Assembly: GCA_012513065.1 (NCBI GenBank)
Contig: JAAZCX010000047.1
Location: 122 to 64,121 of the forward strand
Source: Clostridiaceae bacterium
GTDB lineage: Bacteria > Bacillota > Clostridia > TANB77 > CAG-508
DNA length: 64,000 bases
Reading direction: 5' to 3'
Of this stretch, positions 28,917 to 38,875 are shown in pieces; within the stretch, counting starts at the first letter, position 1; each line of letters starts with the position of its first letter. A model generated the notes under the pieces. That model saw nothing but the letters and a program-made list of their open reading frames with translations, did not search any database and had not been told where the DNA came from. The translations under genes and the position numbers were made by a program.

Positions 28917-29456
28917 ATGTCAAGAATAGGAAATAAGCCTATTACTGTACCAGATGGAGTTGAAGTAAAAATGGAATCAAACCATATTACAGTAAAAGGA
29001 CCTAAAGGAACATTAGAAAGAGACATCCATAAAAATATGACAGTTTCTATAGATGGAAATGTTATAAAAGTAACAAGACCAGATGATGAACCAATAAATA
29101 GAAGTTTACATGGATTAACAAGAACATTAATTTCTAATATGATAGAAGGAGTTCTTAATGAATATAAAAGAGAATTAAAAATTGTTGGTGTTGGATATAG
29201 AGCACAAAAACAAGGAAATAAATTAGTAATGAATTTAGGTTATTCTCATCCAGTAGAAATGGTTGAACCAGAAGGAATTACTTTTGAACTTCCAAATACA
29301 AATACAATTATTGTAAGAGGAATTGATAAAGAAGAAGTTGGTCAAACAGCAGCAGTTATTAGAACAAAGAGACCACCTGAAGTATACCATGGAAAAGGAA
29401 TAAAATATGCAGAAGAACATATTAGACGTAAAGAGGGAAAAGCAGGTAAAAAATAA
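28917..29456 (+). CDS. rplF: 50S ribosomal protein L6
   Basis: 179 aa. MSRIGNKPITVP. Confidence 0.95.
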   Translation: MSRIGNKPITVPDGVEVKMESNHITVKGPKGTLERDIHKNMTVSIDGNVIKVTRPDDEPINRSLHGLTRTLISNMIEGVLNEYKRELKIVGVGYRAQKQGNKLVMNLGYSHPVEMVEPEGITFELPNTNTIIVRGIDKEEVGQTAAVIRTKRPPEVYHGKGIKYAEEHIRRKEGKAGKK

Positions 29457-29511
29457 AAAATTGTAATTATATAAAATTAAGGCTGTTACTTTAATTAGAA
29501 AGGAGAAAAAC

Positions 29512-29871
29512 ATGATTACAAAAACTGATAGAAAAGCAGAAAGAGCTAGAAGACATTTAAGAGTTCGTAGAAAAATAAGCGGAACATCAGAATGCCCAAG
29601 ATTATGTGTATATAGAAGTAATAAAAATCTTTTTGTTCAAATTATTGATGATGTTGCAGGAGTTACATTAGCACAAGCTTCTACATTAGATAAAGAAGTT
29701 AAAACAAAATTTGCAAACATTGAAGCTGCAAAAGAAGTTGGAGCATTAATAGCAAAAAGAGCAATAGAAAAAAATATCACAACAGTTGTTTATGATAGAG
29801 GTGGATACATTTATCATGGAGTTGTAAAAGAATTAGCAGAAGCTGCAAGAGAAGCAGGTTTAAAATTCTAA
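29512..29871 (+). CDS. rplR: 50S ribosomal protein L18
   Basis: 119 aa. [13 protein letters not shown] ... [10 protein letters not shown]. Confidence 0.95.
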   Translation: MITKTDRKAERARRHLRVRRKISGTSECPRLCVYRSNKNLFVQIIDDVAGVTLAQASTLDKEVKTKFANIEAAKEVGALIAKRAIEKNITTVVYDRGGYIYHGVVKELAEAAREAGLKF

Positions 29872-29891
29872 AAAAAAGGAGGGAAAATAAA

Positions 29892-30383
29892 GTGCACGAA
29901 GAGAACACACCAGAATTAAAAGAAAAAGTAGTTGCAATTAATAGAGTTGCAAAAGTTGTAAAAGGTGGTAGAACATTTCGTTTTAGTGCTGTTGTAGTTG
30001 TAGGAGACGAAAACGGACACGTAGGTGTAGGAAATGGAAAAGCAGCAGAAGTTCCAGATGCAATTAAGAAAGCAATTCAAGAAGCAAAGAAAAACTTAAT
30101 TGAAGTTCCAGTAGTAGGAACAACAATACCACACGAATATGTAGGAAAATTTGGTAGCGCTAATGTTATGTTAAAACCAGCAGCAGAAGGTACTGGAGTC
30201 ATAGCAGGAGGAAGCGTAAGACCAGTTATAGAACTTGCTGGATATCGTGATATCCGTACTAAAGTATTAGGAACAAACAATCCAAGAAACGTAGTATATG
30301 CTACAATAGAAGGATTAAAACAAATGCAAACAGTAGAGCAAGTTGCTAAAAAAAGAGGAAAGAAAGTAGAAGAAATCTTATAA
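29892..30383 (+). CDS. rpsE: 30S ribosomal protein S5
   Basis: 163 aa. GTG start. [21 protein letters not shown]. Confidence 0.95.
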   Translation: MHEENTPELKEKVVAINRVAKVVKGGRTFRFSAVVVVGDENGHVGVGNGKAAEVPDAIKKAIQEAKKNLIEVPVVGTTIPHEYVGKFGSANVMLKPAAEGTGVIAGGSVRPVIELAGYRDIRTKVLGTNNPRNVVYATIEGLKQMQTVEQVAKKRGKKVEEIL

Positions 30384-30457
30384 TAGACCAAAACTACATT
30401 CCTAATAAACAATAAGGGAAATGTCCCTATAAAAAAAAGAGGAGGTGTAATCCCATA

Positions 30458-30892
30458 ATGAAAATAGACGAATTAAAACCAGCACAACAAACAGAAACAA
30501 AGAAAAGAGTTGGACGTGGAATCGGTTCTGGTCTAGGAAAAACATCAGGAAGAGGACATAAAGGACAAAAAGCAAGATCTGGTGGAGGAGTTAGACGTGG
30601 ATTCGAAGGAGGTCAAACACCATTATATAGAAGATTACCAAAAAGAGGATTTACAAATATCCATGCAAATAAATATACAGAAGTAACTTTAACAATGCTT
30701 AATAAATCAAGCAAAGATGAAGTAACTGCTGAAACATTAATTGCAGATAGAATTATATCCAAAGCAAACGACGGTATCGTTGTTATTGCAACTGGTACAT
30801 TAGAAAAAAAATTAACTGTTAAAGCTGTACGATTCACTAAAGGGGCTAAAGAAAAAATAGAAGCTTTAGGTGGAAAGACAGAGGTGATGTAA
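30458..30892 (+). CDS. rplO: 50S ribosomal protein L15
   Basis: 144 aa. [25 protein letters not shown]. Follows rpsE directly, with no rpmD between them. Confidence 0.95.
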   Translation: MKIDELKPAQQTETKKRVGRGIGSGLGKTSGRGHKGQKARSGGGVRRGFEGGQTPLYRRLPKRGFTNIHANKYTEVTLTMLNKSSKDEVTAETLIADRIISKANDGIVVIATGTLEKKLTVKAVRFTKGAKEKIEALGGKTEVM

Positions 30893-32209
30893 TTGTTTAA
30901 TACAATAAGAAATGCATTAAAAACACCAGATGTTAGAAAGAAAATATTATATACATTAGTATTAATTATAGTATTTCGTTTAGGATGTTATATAACAGTT
31001 CCAGGAGTAGATAGCTTTAAATTAGCAGAAGCATTTAATGGGCAAGGAGTTGCATCTTTAATAGATATGATATCAGGAGGAGCTTTCTCTCGTTTATCTG
31101 TATTTGCAATGTCAATTAGTCCATATATTACAGCTTCAATTGTAATTCAATTATTAGGAATGGTAATACCAGCCTTAGAAAGACTTACAAAAGAAGGTGG
31201 AGAAGAAGGAAGAAACAAGATTAATACTTATACAAAAATGTTAACAATTGTACTTGCATTAATCGAAGGATTAGGAATTTATTTATCTTATCGTTCTTCT
31301 GGAATATTTATAGATGACTCATTTATTACAGGAGCTACTATAGTTATATCTTTAATGGCAGGAACTGCAATATTAATGTGGCTTGGAGAACAAATCACAA
31401 ACAAAGGAATAGGAAATGGAATTTCAATTATTATCTTTGTTGGTATAGTTGCAGGGCTACCATCTGGAGTAACAACTATTTGGAATTTAATTGTTGGAAC
31501 AGGAGCTTTCTCAACAACAGGAATATTAATAGCACTTGGAATTATTATTGGTGCAATTTTATTAGTAGCAGGAGTTGTATTCGTACAACAAGCTGAACGT
31601 AGAGTACCTGTACAATATTCAAAAAGAGTAGTAGGAAGAAAAATGGTAGGAGCACAAAATACAAACATTCCATTAAAACTTGCAATGGCAGGTGTAATGC
31701 CAGTAATTTTTGCTTCATCATTTATGACATTCCCAGCAATGATTATTCAAATGTTTATACCAAATATAGCTGCAGAACAAGGAATATGGAATGTAATATA
31801 TAACTTCTCAATTGCTACATCTTCATCAGATGTTGGAATTGGATATTCTATAGCAAATGCAATTATATATCTATTATTAATAGTAGGATTTACATTTTTC
31901 TATACTTATGCTACATTCAATCCAGCAGAAGTATCAAACAATATTAAGAAAAATGGAGGATTTATTCCAGGAATAAGAGCTGGAAAGCCTACAACTGACT
32001 ATTTATCTTCAATAATATCAAAATTAACAATATTTGGAGGATTATTCTTAGCAGTTATTGCTATTTTACCAATGTTATTAAGATTTACAAGTCTAAATAT
32101 AGCATTTGGTGGAACATCAATATTAATCGTAGTAGGTGTTGCATTAGAAACAGTTCAACAATTAGAATCTCAACTTGTAATGAGACATTACAAAGGATTC
32201 TTAGAATAA
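30893..32209 (+). CDS. secY: Preprotein translocase subunit SecY
   Basis: 438 aa. 10 TM helices. TTG start abutting the rplO stop. Canonical operon position. Confidence 0.95.
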   Translation: MFNTIRNALKTPDVRKKILYTLVLIIVFRLGCYITVPGVDSFKLAEAFNGQGVASLIDMISGGAFSRLSVFAMSISPYITASIVIQLLGMVIPALERLTKEGGEEGRNKINTYTKMLTIVLALIEGLGIYLSYRSSGIFIDDSFITGATIVISLMAGTAILMWLGEQITNKGIGNGISIIIFVGIVAGLPSGVTTIWNLIVGTGAFSTTGILIALGIIIGAILLVAGVVFVQQAERRVPVQYSKRVVGRKMVGAQNTNIPLKLAMAGVMPVIFASSFMTFPAMIIQMFIPNIAAEQGIWNVIYNFSIATSSSDVGIGYSIANAIIYLLLIVGFTFFYTYATFNPAEVSNNIKKNGGFIPGIRAGKPTTDYLSSIISKLTIFGGLFLAVIAILPMLLRFTSLNIAFGGTSILIVVGVALETVQQLESQLVMRHYKGFLE

Positions 32210-32220
32210 TAAAAATAAAA

Positions 32221-32254
32221 AAATGGATGCTATTTAATTGCATCTATTTTTTTT
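32221..32254 (+). terminator. Terminator after secY
   Basis: AAATGGATGC-9 nt-GCATCTATTT plus a T-run. Confidence 0.65.
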
Positions 32255-32272
32255 ATCTTAAAAAAGCAAAGC

Positions 32273-32305
32273 AAAAGAGTATGTTTATTAAAACATACTC
32301 TTTTT
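32273..32305 (-). terminator. Terminator hairpin for the inverted WG-repeat gene
   Basis: AAAAGAGTATGTTT-atta-AAACATACTCTTTT, 7 nt beyond the minus-strand stop. Confidence 0.65.
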
Positions 32306-32311
32306 ATAATA

Positions 32312-33181
32312 TTAGTATTGAATTTTGTAAGGTACATAAGGATCGTTTTTTCCTTTTTTTACTTCAGTACAACCTGAAGAAGTAAAAAGAATATCATAAT
32401 AAAATACAGGAATAAGAAGTTTTCCAAACTTTGAATACAATCCAAATAATAGATTATCTTCTTGAACTAATATCGTATCATTAATAAATGAAATAGAAGT
32501 AAACTTTATTGGAATAATAAGTTGTCCTTCAAAAGAATATAGTCCACAAAGATTGTCTTTCCACACCTTTAATCCATTTATTGTATAGGAGATGCTGTAA
32601 AAAATTGTTGGTATGATTTCAAAATTTTCATATGAATATGCACCGTATAACCCATTTTTATTAACGATAATTAATTTTTCCTTAAAATCAATAGAATCAA
32701 AGTTGGGAGTTAAAATCAATTTTCCGTAATATGAATATGCTCCACATAAACCATCTTTCTGTACTTTGATTCCTTCTGGAGTAAGGAAGACATAATTAAA
32801 TTCAATAGGAAGAATAACTTTGCCTTCATATGAATATACACCGTAAAGATTATTACTTGTTACAATGATAGCATTCGAGATACCATTAGAATTTAATGTT
32901 ATGGTATCAAATCTAGTAGGTAAAATACAATTACCATCATAAGAAAATAATCCTTTTAATCCATTTTCTTGAACGACTATATAATCTGAAACAACTGAAA
33001 CAACCTCATAATTCTTATAAGCTACAACTATACCAGATGGACTGTAAATTGTAAAAGACTTGCTATTATATGCTAAAATATAGTCTTTTATTATTTGTGT
33101 AAAGTCAAACTCATAAGAACTTAATGGTCTACCATTTAAAAAAACAGCAGACTTCCTCCGAATTTCTAATTTATGCTCCAT
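32312..33181 (-). CDS. WG-repeat (KWG-type) containing protein
   Basis: 289 aa made of about 8 repeats of the pattern G(L/Y)(Y/C)G.YS(Y/F).G..I(L/I)P..F. RBS AAAGGAGA. In-frame CGG at 33158-33160 (codon 8). Confidence 0.7.
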   Translation of the reverse strand: MEHKLEIRRKSAVFLNGRPLSSYEFDFTQIIKDYILAYNSKSFTIYSPSGIVVAYKNYEVVSVVSDYIVVQENGLKGLFSYDGNCILPTRFDTITLNSNGISNAIIVTSNNLYGVYSYEGKVILPIEFNYVFLTPEGIKVQKDGLCGAYSYYGKLILTPNFDSIDFKEKLIIVNKNGLYGAYSYENFEIIPTIFYSISYTINGLKVWKDNLCGLYSFEGQLIIPIKFTSISFINDTILVQEDNLLFGLYSKFGKLLIPVFYYDILFTSSGCTEVKKGKNDPYVPYKIQY

Positions 33182-33373
33182 ACTTTAATCTCCTTTCAAA
33201 ATTATTTGATAAGTTACAACAAAAACATATGTTGCATTATATCACAATAAACATAATAATTCAATTGATACAGGAAAAACAAAATAAAAAATTAAAAAAT
33301 AGTATACTTATATACCAAAAAATGGTATAATAAAAGAAGTGTAAAAAAGCAAAAGAGAAAGGAACAAAAATGT

Positions 33374-34036
33374 ATGTATATTGTTATGTTAGGAAAACCA
33401 GGTTCAGGAAAAGGAACTGTTGGAAAAATGTTATCTGATTTACTACGAATCACTCATATATCTAGTGGAGAACTATTTAGAAGTTATATAAAAAGAGCAG
33501 GTGAAACTGGTAAAAAGATTGAAAAATACGTCAACGAAGGGAAATTGGTTCCAGATAATTTAGCAATAGAATTAGTAGAAAAAAGATTATTAGAACAAGA
33601 TTGCAGCAATGGTGTTATCTTAGACGGATTCCCTAGAACAGTAAAACAAGCAGAAGAATTAAATGAATTTTTAAAATCAAATAAATGTAAGATAGACATT
33701 GCTGTAGAATTAGAATTATCAGATGAAGATATAATAGATAGAATTGTAAAGAGAAGAGTATGTTCAAATGTTGATTGTAGAGAAGTTTATAATCTAGAAT
33801 TTAGAAAACCAAAACAAGAAGGCATTTGTGATGTTTGTGGAAGCAAATTAACACAAAGAGAAGATGATAAAATTGAAACAGTAGTACAGAGATTAAAAAC
33901 ATATCATGAAACATCAGAAAAACTAGTTGAATATTATAAAAAACAAGAACTTCTATATTCAGTAAAATTAAATATACATTCTGGAAAAACATCAGAAGAT
34001 GTTGCGATAGAAGTTAAAAAATATTTAAGCAAATAG
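33374..34036 (+). CDS. adk: Adenylate kinase (zinc-lid type)
   Basis: 220 aa. GKPGSGKGT P-loop. Lid CSNVDC ... CDVCG. Confidence 0.95.
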   Translation: MYIVMLGKPGSGKGTVGKMLSDLLRITHISSGELFRSYIKRAGETGKKIEKYVNEGKLVPDNLAIELVEKRLLEQDCSNGVILDGFPRTVKQAEELNEFLKSNKCKIDIAVELELSDEDIIDRIVKRRVCSNVDCREVYNLEFRKPKQEGICDVCGSKLTQREDDKIETVVQRLKTYHETSEKLVEYYKKQELLYSVKLNIHSGKTSEDVAIEVKKYLSK

Positions 34037-34051
34037 AAAGAAGGAATAAAA

Positions 34052-34822
34052 TTGGTAACAATAAAATCAAAACAAGAAATAGAGAAAATGAGAGAAGCAT
34101 GTAAAATTGCATATTTAGCACAAGAAACAGTTGAAAAGGCTATAAAACCAGGAATATCAACATGGGAATTGGATAAAATTGCAGAAAATGAAATGATAAA
34201 ATATGGAGCAATACCAGCAGAAAAGGGATATCCAAGTGGAGTAAAAGGAGTACCTGATTTTCCAGGATCAATTTGTGCTTCTATTAATGATGAAGTAATA
34301 CATGGAATACCATCAAAAAATGCAATATTAAGAGAAGGAGATATAGTAAGTATTGATTTGGTTGCATATAAAGATGGATTTAATGGAGATTGTGCTAGAA
34401 CATATACTGTAGGAAAAGTAGATAAAGAAACACAAAAATTAATAGAAATAACAAAACAATCTTTTTTTGAAGGAATTAAATTTGCTAAAAAAGGAAATAG
34501 AATCGGTGATGTTTCTCATGCAATAGGACAATTTGTTGAAAAAAATGGATTTAGCGTAGTAAAAGAATTTCAAGGACATGGAATAGGAAGACAAATGCAT
34601 GAGGATCCAGGAATTCCAAATTACGGAAAAGAAGGAAGAGGAATAAGACTTGAATCTGGTATGACTCTAGCAATTGAACCAATGGTAATAGCAGGGTCTG
34701 ATGGAATATTAGAACTAGATGATGGATGGACAATTATAACAGAAGATGGAACAAAATCAGCTCATTATGAAAATACAATTTTAATTACAGAAAATGAGCC
34801 AGAAATCTTGACAAAAAAATAA
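34052..34822 (+). CDS. map: Methionine aminopeptidase type I
   Basis: 256 aa. TTG start. IKSKQEIEKMREA; metal ligands in the DIVSIDL, FQGHGIG and EPM contexts. Confidence 0.95.
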   Translation: MVTIKSKQEIEKMREACKIAYLAQETVEKAIKPGISTWELDKIAENEMIKYGAIPAEKGYPSGVKGVPDFPGSICASINDEVIHGIPSKNAILREGDIVSIDLVAYKDGFNGDCARTYTVGKVDKETQKLIEITKQSFFEGIKFAKKGNRIGDVSHAIGQFVEKNGFSVVKEFQGHGIGRQMHEDPGIPNYGKEGRGIRLESGMTLAIEPMVIAGSDGILELDDGWTIITEDGTKSAHYENTILITENEPEILTKK

Positions 34823-34919
34823 AAATATTATATACTATATTAGCTATTGTGTGTTCAATTGAAAAATTGTGCTCAATAATAAATTTTTATTAAAAACAAT
34901 AGAAAAATGGAGGAAAAAA

Positions 34920-35138
34920 ATGGCAAAAGAAGATGTTATAGAAATTGAGGGAACAGTAGTAGAAACACTACCAAATACTAATTTTAAAGTAGAACTTGAA
35001 AATGGACATCAAATATTAGCTCATATTTCTGGAAAATTAAGAATGAATTATATAAAAATTTTGCCAGGAGATAAAGTAAAAGTAGAACTTTCTCCTTATG
35101 ATTTAACAAGAGGACGTATAACATGGAGAGCAAAATAA
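34920..35138 (+). CDS. infA: Translation initiation factor IF-1
   Basis: 72 aa from ATG 34920 ([19 protein letters not shown]...) after GGAGGAAA. The listed 34869 start is an upstream extension. Confidence 0.95.
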   Translation: MAKEDVIEIEGTVVETLPNTNFKVELENGHQILAHISGKLRMNYIKILPGDKVKVELSPYDLTRGRITWRAK

Positions 35139-35150
35139 AATAGTTTATTA

Positions 35151-35265
35151 AAAATTATGTAGTACAGTAAATGTTTTATGAGGTGCGACGTGAGATGTAT
35201 AAATTTCATTTAGCCTGTTATATATACATCTGACCTCACACATCATAGGTGTATTACATAATTTT
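35151..35265 (+). other. Long imperfect hairpin (~115 nt) in the infA-rpmJ spacer
   Basis: 15-bp outer stem AAAATTATGTAGTAC/GTATTACATAATTTT (one G-U), plus inner stems TATGAGGT/ACATCATA, GTGAG/CTCAC and ATGTATA/TATACAT. Paired by hand. Confidence 0.5.
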
Positions 35266-35310
35266 AATTAGGTATAAAGATTAAAAAAAATGCAGGAGGT
35301 GTGGTTAATA

Positions 35311-35424
35311 ATGAAAGTAAGACCATCAGTTAAAAAAATATGCGAAAAATGTAAAATCATTAAAAGAAAAGGTGTTATCAGGGTTATTTGTGAAAATCCA
35401 AAACACAAACAAAGACAAGGTTAA
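35311..35424 (+). CDS. rpmJ: 50S ribosomal protein L36
   Basis: 37 aa, [37 protein letters not shown]. Not in the ORF track. RBS GCAGGAGG. Confidence 0.95.
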   Translation: MKVRPSVKKICEKCKIIKRKGVIRVICENPKHKQRQG

Positions 35425-35622
35425 TTACATAACAAAATTTACGATACTAACACAAGTTTTGAAGCGGCTGTGGATTTTAATAATCCATGAATCGAATTTG
35501 TGTTTCTATACATGTCTATCTGAAATATAAAGATTGGACCTTTCCAATGCATTTCACCTTTACGTTTCAAAATTAGACAAACTATTATAATAAAAAATAA
35601 AATATGGAGGTGCTAAAAGAAT

Positions 35623-35988
35623 ATGGCTCGTATATCAGGAGTAGATTTACCTAGAGAAAAAAGAGTTGAAATAGGGCTTACTTATATTTATGGTATAGGA
35701 CTATCAACTTCTCAAAAAATATTAAAAGATGCTGGTATAGATGTGAATACAAGAATAAAAGACTTAACAGCAGATCAAGAGCAAGCAATAAGAAAAGCAA
35801 TGGAAGGAATTACTGTTGAAGGTGATTTAAGAAGAGAAGTTGCTTTAAATATCAAAAGACTTACTGAAATAGGATGCTACAGAGGAATTAGACATAGAAG
35901 AAATCTTCCAGTAAGAGGACAAAGAACAAAAAATAATGCTCGTACAAGAAAAGGACCAAGAAAATTAGTAAGTAAAAGTAAAAAATAA
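35623..35988 (+). CDS. rpsM: 30S ribosomal protein S13
   Basis: 121 aa. [26 protein letters not shown]. Confidence 0.95.
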   Translation: MARISGVDLPREKRVEIGLTYIYGIGLSTSQKILKDAGIDVNTRIKDLTADQEQAIRKAMEGITVEGDLRREVALNIKRLTEIGCYRGIRHRRNLPVRGQRTKNNARTRKGPRKLVSKSKK

Positions 35989-36055
35989 GAATTAGAATAG
36001 GAGACTACAAATAAAAGTAGAATCCCCTTGCAAAAGGAATAGGAGGTAAAATTAA

Positions 36056-36454
36056 ATGGCAAAGCCTGTAACAAAAAGAACAACAACTAGAAGAAGAGAT
36101 AGAAAAAATATCGAAAAAGGTATGGCTCATATTCATTCTAGTTTCAATAATACAATAGTTACAATTACAGATGTTCAAGGAAATGCACTTTCTTGGGCAA
36201 GTGCTGGAGAACTAGGATTTAAAGGTTCTAGAAAAAGCACACCTTTCGCAGCAGGAGAAGCTGCAGAAACAGCTGCTAAAGCAGCTATGGAACATGGTTT
36301 AAAATCTGTTGAAGTATTTGTAAAAGGACCTGGTTCAGGACGTGAAGCAGCAATCCGTTCATTACAAGCAGCAGGATTGGAAATTAGTAGCATCAAAGAT
36401 GTTACACCAATTCCTCACAATGGTTGTAGACCACCAAAAAGAAGAAGAGTTTAA
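36056..36454 (+). CDS. rpsK: 30S ribosomal protein S11
   Basis: 132 aa. [15 protein letters not shown] ... [13 protein letters not shown]. Confidence 0.95.
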   Translation: MAKPVTKRTTTRRRDRKNIEKGMAHIHSSFNNTIVTITDVQGNALSWASAGELGFKGSRKSTPFAAGEAAETAAKAAMEHGLKSVEVFVKGPGSGREAAIRSLQAAGLEISSIKDVTPIPHNGCRPPKRRRV

Positions 36455-36483
36455 TAAAAATAATATAGGAGGGAAACAAAATT

Positions 36484-37110
36484 ATGGCAAGATATAAAGA
36501 TGAACAATGCCGTATTTGCCGTAGAGAAGGACAAAAGTTATTCTTAAAAGGTTCAAGATGTTATACAGATAAATGTAGTATCTCTAGAAGAAACTATGCT
36601 CCTGGACAAAATGGACAAAAAAAGAAAAAACTTTCAGAATATGGTACTCAGTTAAGAGAAAAACAAAAAACAAAAGCATTTTATGGAGTAAGTGAAAAAC
36701 AATTCAGAAAATACTTTGATATGGCTTCTAATACAAAAGGAAAAACTGGTGAAGTTTTACTACAAATATTAGAAAGCAGATTAGATAATGTTGTATATAG
36801 ACTTGGATATGGAAGTTCAAGAGCACAATCAAGAATGTTAATTTCACATGGTGCTTTTGAAGTAAACGGACATAAAGTTGATATAGCATCTTATTTAGTA
36901 AAGGCAGGAGATATAATTTCTGTTAGAGAAATAAGAAAAGATAATGGAGCTATTAAATTAAACGTAGAAGATAATTCTGCAAGACCAGTTCCAGAATGGT
37001 TAGAAAAAGATATAGAAAAATTAAGTGGTAAAGTGGTAAGATTAGCATCTAGAGAAGATGTAGATATTCCAGTAGAAGAACATTTAATAGTAGAGCTTTA
37101 CTCAAAATAG
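36484..37110 (+). CDS. rpsD: 30S ribosomal protein S4
   Basis: 208 aa. [16 protein letters not shown] zinc-finger-like N-terminus and an S4 domain. Confidence 0.95.
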   Translation: MARYKDEQCRICRREGQKLFLKGSRCYTDKCSISRRNYAPGQNGQKKKKLSEYGTQLREKQKTKAFYGVSEKQFRKYFDMASNTKGKTGEVLLQILESRLDNVVYRLGYGSSRAQSRMLISHGAFEVNGHKVDIASYLVKAGDIISVREIRKDNGAIKLNVEDNSARPVPEWLEKDIEKLSGKVVRLASREDVDIPVEEHLIVELYSK

Positions 37111-37260
37111 TTAATAAGATTAAAATATCAGATCGGTATCATACAATCTTTAATAATGATAAAGTTTTTTTTAAGAAGTAAAGTACTAGAGGAAATATAG
37201 AAAATGATAGGGCATGAAATTAAAACCTCGCACTTAGAACTTCTAAATTAGGAGGTAAAA

Positions 37261-38208
37261 ATGATAGAATTTGAAAGGCCAAATATTAAATGCTTAGAAA
37301 TAGACAATGAAACAAACTATGCAAAATTTGTTTGTGAGCCATTAGAACGTGGATATGGAATAACAATAGGAAATTCTTTAAGAAGAATATTACTTTCTTC
37401 TTTACCAGGTGCAGCTACTACAAGTGTAAAAATAGAGGGGGTCGTTCATGAATTCTCTACAATACAAAATGTAGTAGAAGATGTACCAGAAATTATAGTA
37501 AACTTAAAAATGGTTAGATTAAAGCTTCATGAGAATGAAGAAAAAATAGTTCGCATAGATGTTAAAGGTGAAGGAGAAGTAAAAGCAGGAGATATTATTA
37601 CAGATAGCTCTGTAGAAGTATTAAATCCAGATTTACATATTGCTACTTTATCTGAAGGTGGACATCTTCAAATGGAAATGACAGTTGAAATGGGTAGAGG
37701 TTATAACTCTGCTGAAAAAAATAAAAAGGAAAATCAACCTTTAGGGATACTACCAATTGATTCCATATATACACCAGTAAAAAAAGTAAACTATGCAGTA
37801 GAGAATACAAGAGTTGGTCAAAATATTGATTTTGATAAACTAACGATTGAATTATGGACAGATGGAAGTTTAGCTCCATATGAAGCATTAAGTTTAGCAG
37901 CAAAAGTTATGACAGGACACTTAGAATTATTTATTGATTTATCAGAAACAGCTAAAAATACACAAGTTATGATAGAAAAAGAAGAAAATAAGAAAGAAAA
38001 AGTGTTAGAAATGTCAATAGAAGATTTAGAATTATCAGTAAGATCATTCAATTGTCTAAAAAGAACTGGTATTTCAACAGTAGAAGATATTACAAATATG
38101 ACAGAAACTGAAATGATGAAAGTAAGAAACTTAGGAAAGAAATCATTAGATGAAGTAATATTTAAATTACGTTCATTAGGTTTAGATTTTGCAAAAGAAG
38201 AAGAATAA
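37261..38208 (+). CDS. rpoA: DNA-directed RNA polymerase subunit alpha
   Basis: 315 aa. [21 protein letters not shown]-terminal domain [13 protein letters not shown]. Confidence 0.95.
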   Translation: MIEFERPNIKCLEIDNETNYAKFVCEPLERGYGITIGNSLRRILLSSLPGAATTSVKIEGVVHEFSTIQNVVEDVPEIIVNLKMVRLKLHENEEKIVRIDVKGEGEVKAGDIITDSSVEVLNPDLHIATLSEGGHLQMEMTVEMGRGYNSAEKNKKENQPLGILPIDSIYTPVKKVNYAVENTRVGQNIDFDKLTIELWTDGSLAPYEALSLAAKVMTGHLELFIDLSETAKNTQVMIEKEENKKEKVLEMSIEDLELSVRSFNCLKRTGISTVEDITNMTETEMMKVRNLGKKSLDEVIFKLRSLGLDFAKEEE

Positions 38209-38232
38209 AACTTAAAAAAGGAGGAAAATACA

Positions 38233-38757
38233 GTGGCAATAAATAGAAAATTAGGTAAAACAACAGATATCCGTATGGCAATGTTAAAATGTCAATTAAC
38301 AGACTTAATTTTACACGGAAAAATTGAAACCACAGAAGCAAGAGCCAAAGAAGTAAAATCTATGGCTGATAGCATTATTTCCTTAGCAATTAAAGAAAAA
38401 GATAATTTTGAAATGGTAGATGCCAAAGTAATAAAAGCAAAATTAGATAGCAAAGGAAATAAAGAAACTGAGCTTGTAAAAAGTAAAAACGGAAAAGAAT
38501 ATCTAAAAGTCGTAAAAGAAGAAACAACTGAAAAAAGACAAAAAGATATGCCAAGTAGATTAAATGCAAGAAGAAAAATGATGAGAATGATAAATAAGGT
38601 AAAAGATGAAAATGGAAACAACATCGATTTACCAGCAAAATTATTCACAGAAATCGCTCCAAAATACGAAGGTAGAGTTGGCGGATATACACGTATAATT
38701 AAAGCCGGACCACGTAGAGGAGATGCAGCAGAAGTTGTTATTTTACAATTAGTTTAA
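38233..38757 (+). CDS. rplQ: 50S ribosomal protein L17 (with ~50-aa internal insertion)
   Basis: 174 aa. GTG start. [15 protein letters not shown]-terminus and [16 protein letters not shown]-terminus, with a Lys/Glu-rich insert between them. Confidence 0.9.
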   Translation: MAINRKLGKTTDIRMAMLKCQLTDLILHGKIETTEARAKEVKSMADSIISLAIKEKDNFEMVDAKVIKAKLDSKGNKETELVKSKNGKEYLKVVKEETTEKRQKDMPSRLNARRKMMRMINKVKDENGNNIDLPAKLFTEIAPKYEGRVGGYTRIIKAGPRRGDAAEVVILQLV

Positions 38758-38773
38758 TATTAAAAATAGATAA

Positions 38774-38804
38774 AAAACCTAAGTTAACTTAGGCTTTTTA
38801 TTTT
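38774..38804 (+). terminator. Terminator ending the alpha operon
   Basis: AAAACCTAAGTT/AACTTAGGCTTTT palindrome plus a T-run. Confidence 0.7.
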
Positions 38805-38837
38805 GCAATAAAAACAAACAAAAATTTGATAAAATTA

Positions 38838-38866
38838 TTGACAAAAATATAAATGATATATATAAT
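38838..38866 (+). promoter_or_regulatory. Consensus sigma-A promoter of recN
   Basis: TTGACA-17 nt-TATAAT. Confidence 0.7.
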
Positions 38867-38875
38867 ATGTTTGTA

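Noticed and set aside
33124-33330. 68-aa plus-strand ORF in the WG-repeat/adk spacer.
   Set aside because: It overlaps the 5' end and RBS of the minus-strand WG-repeat gene and the adk promoter region. It has no RBS and no recognisable product.
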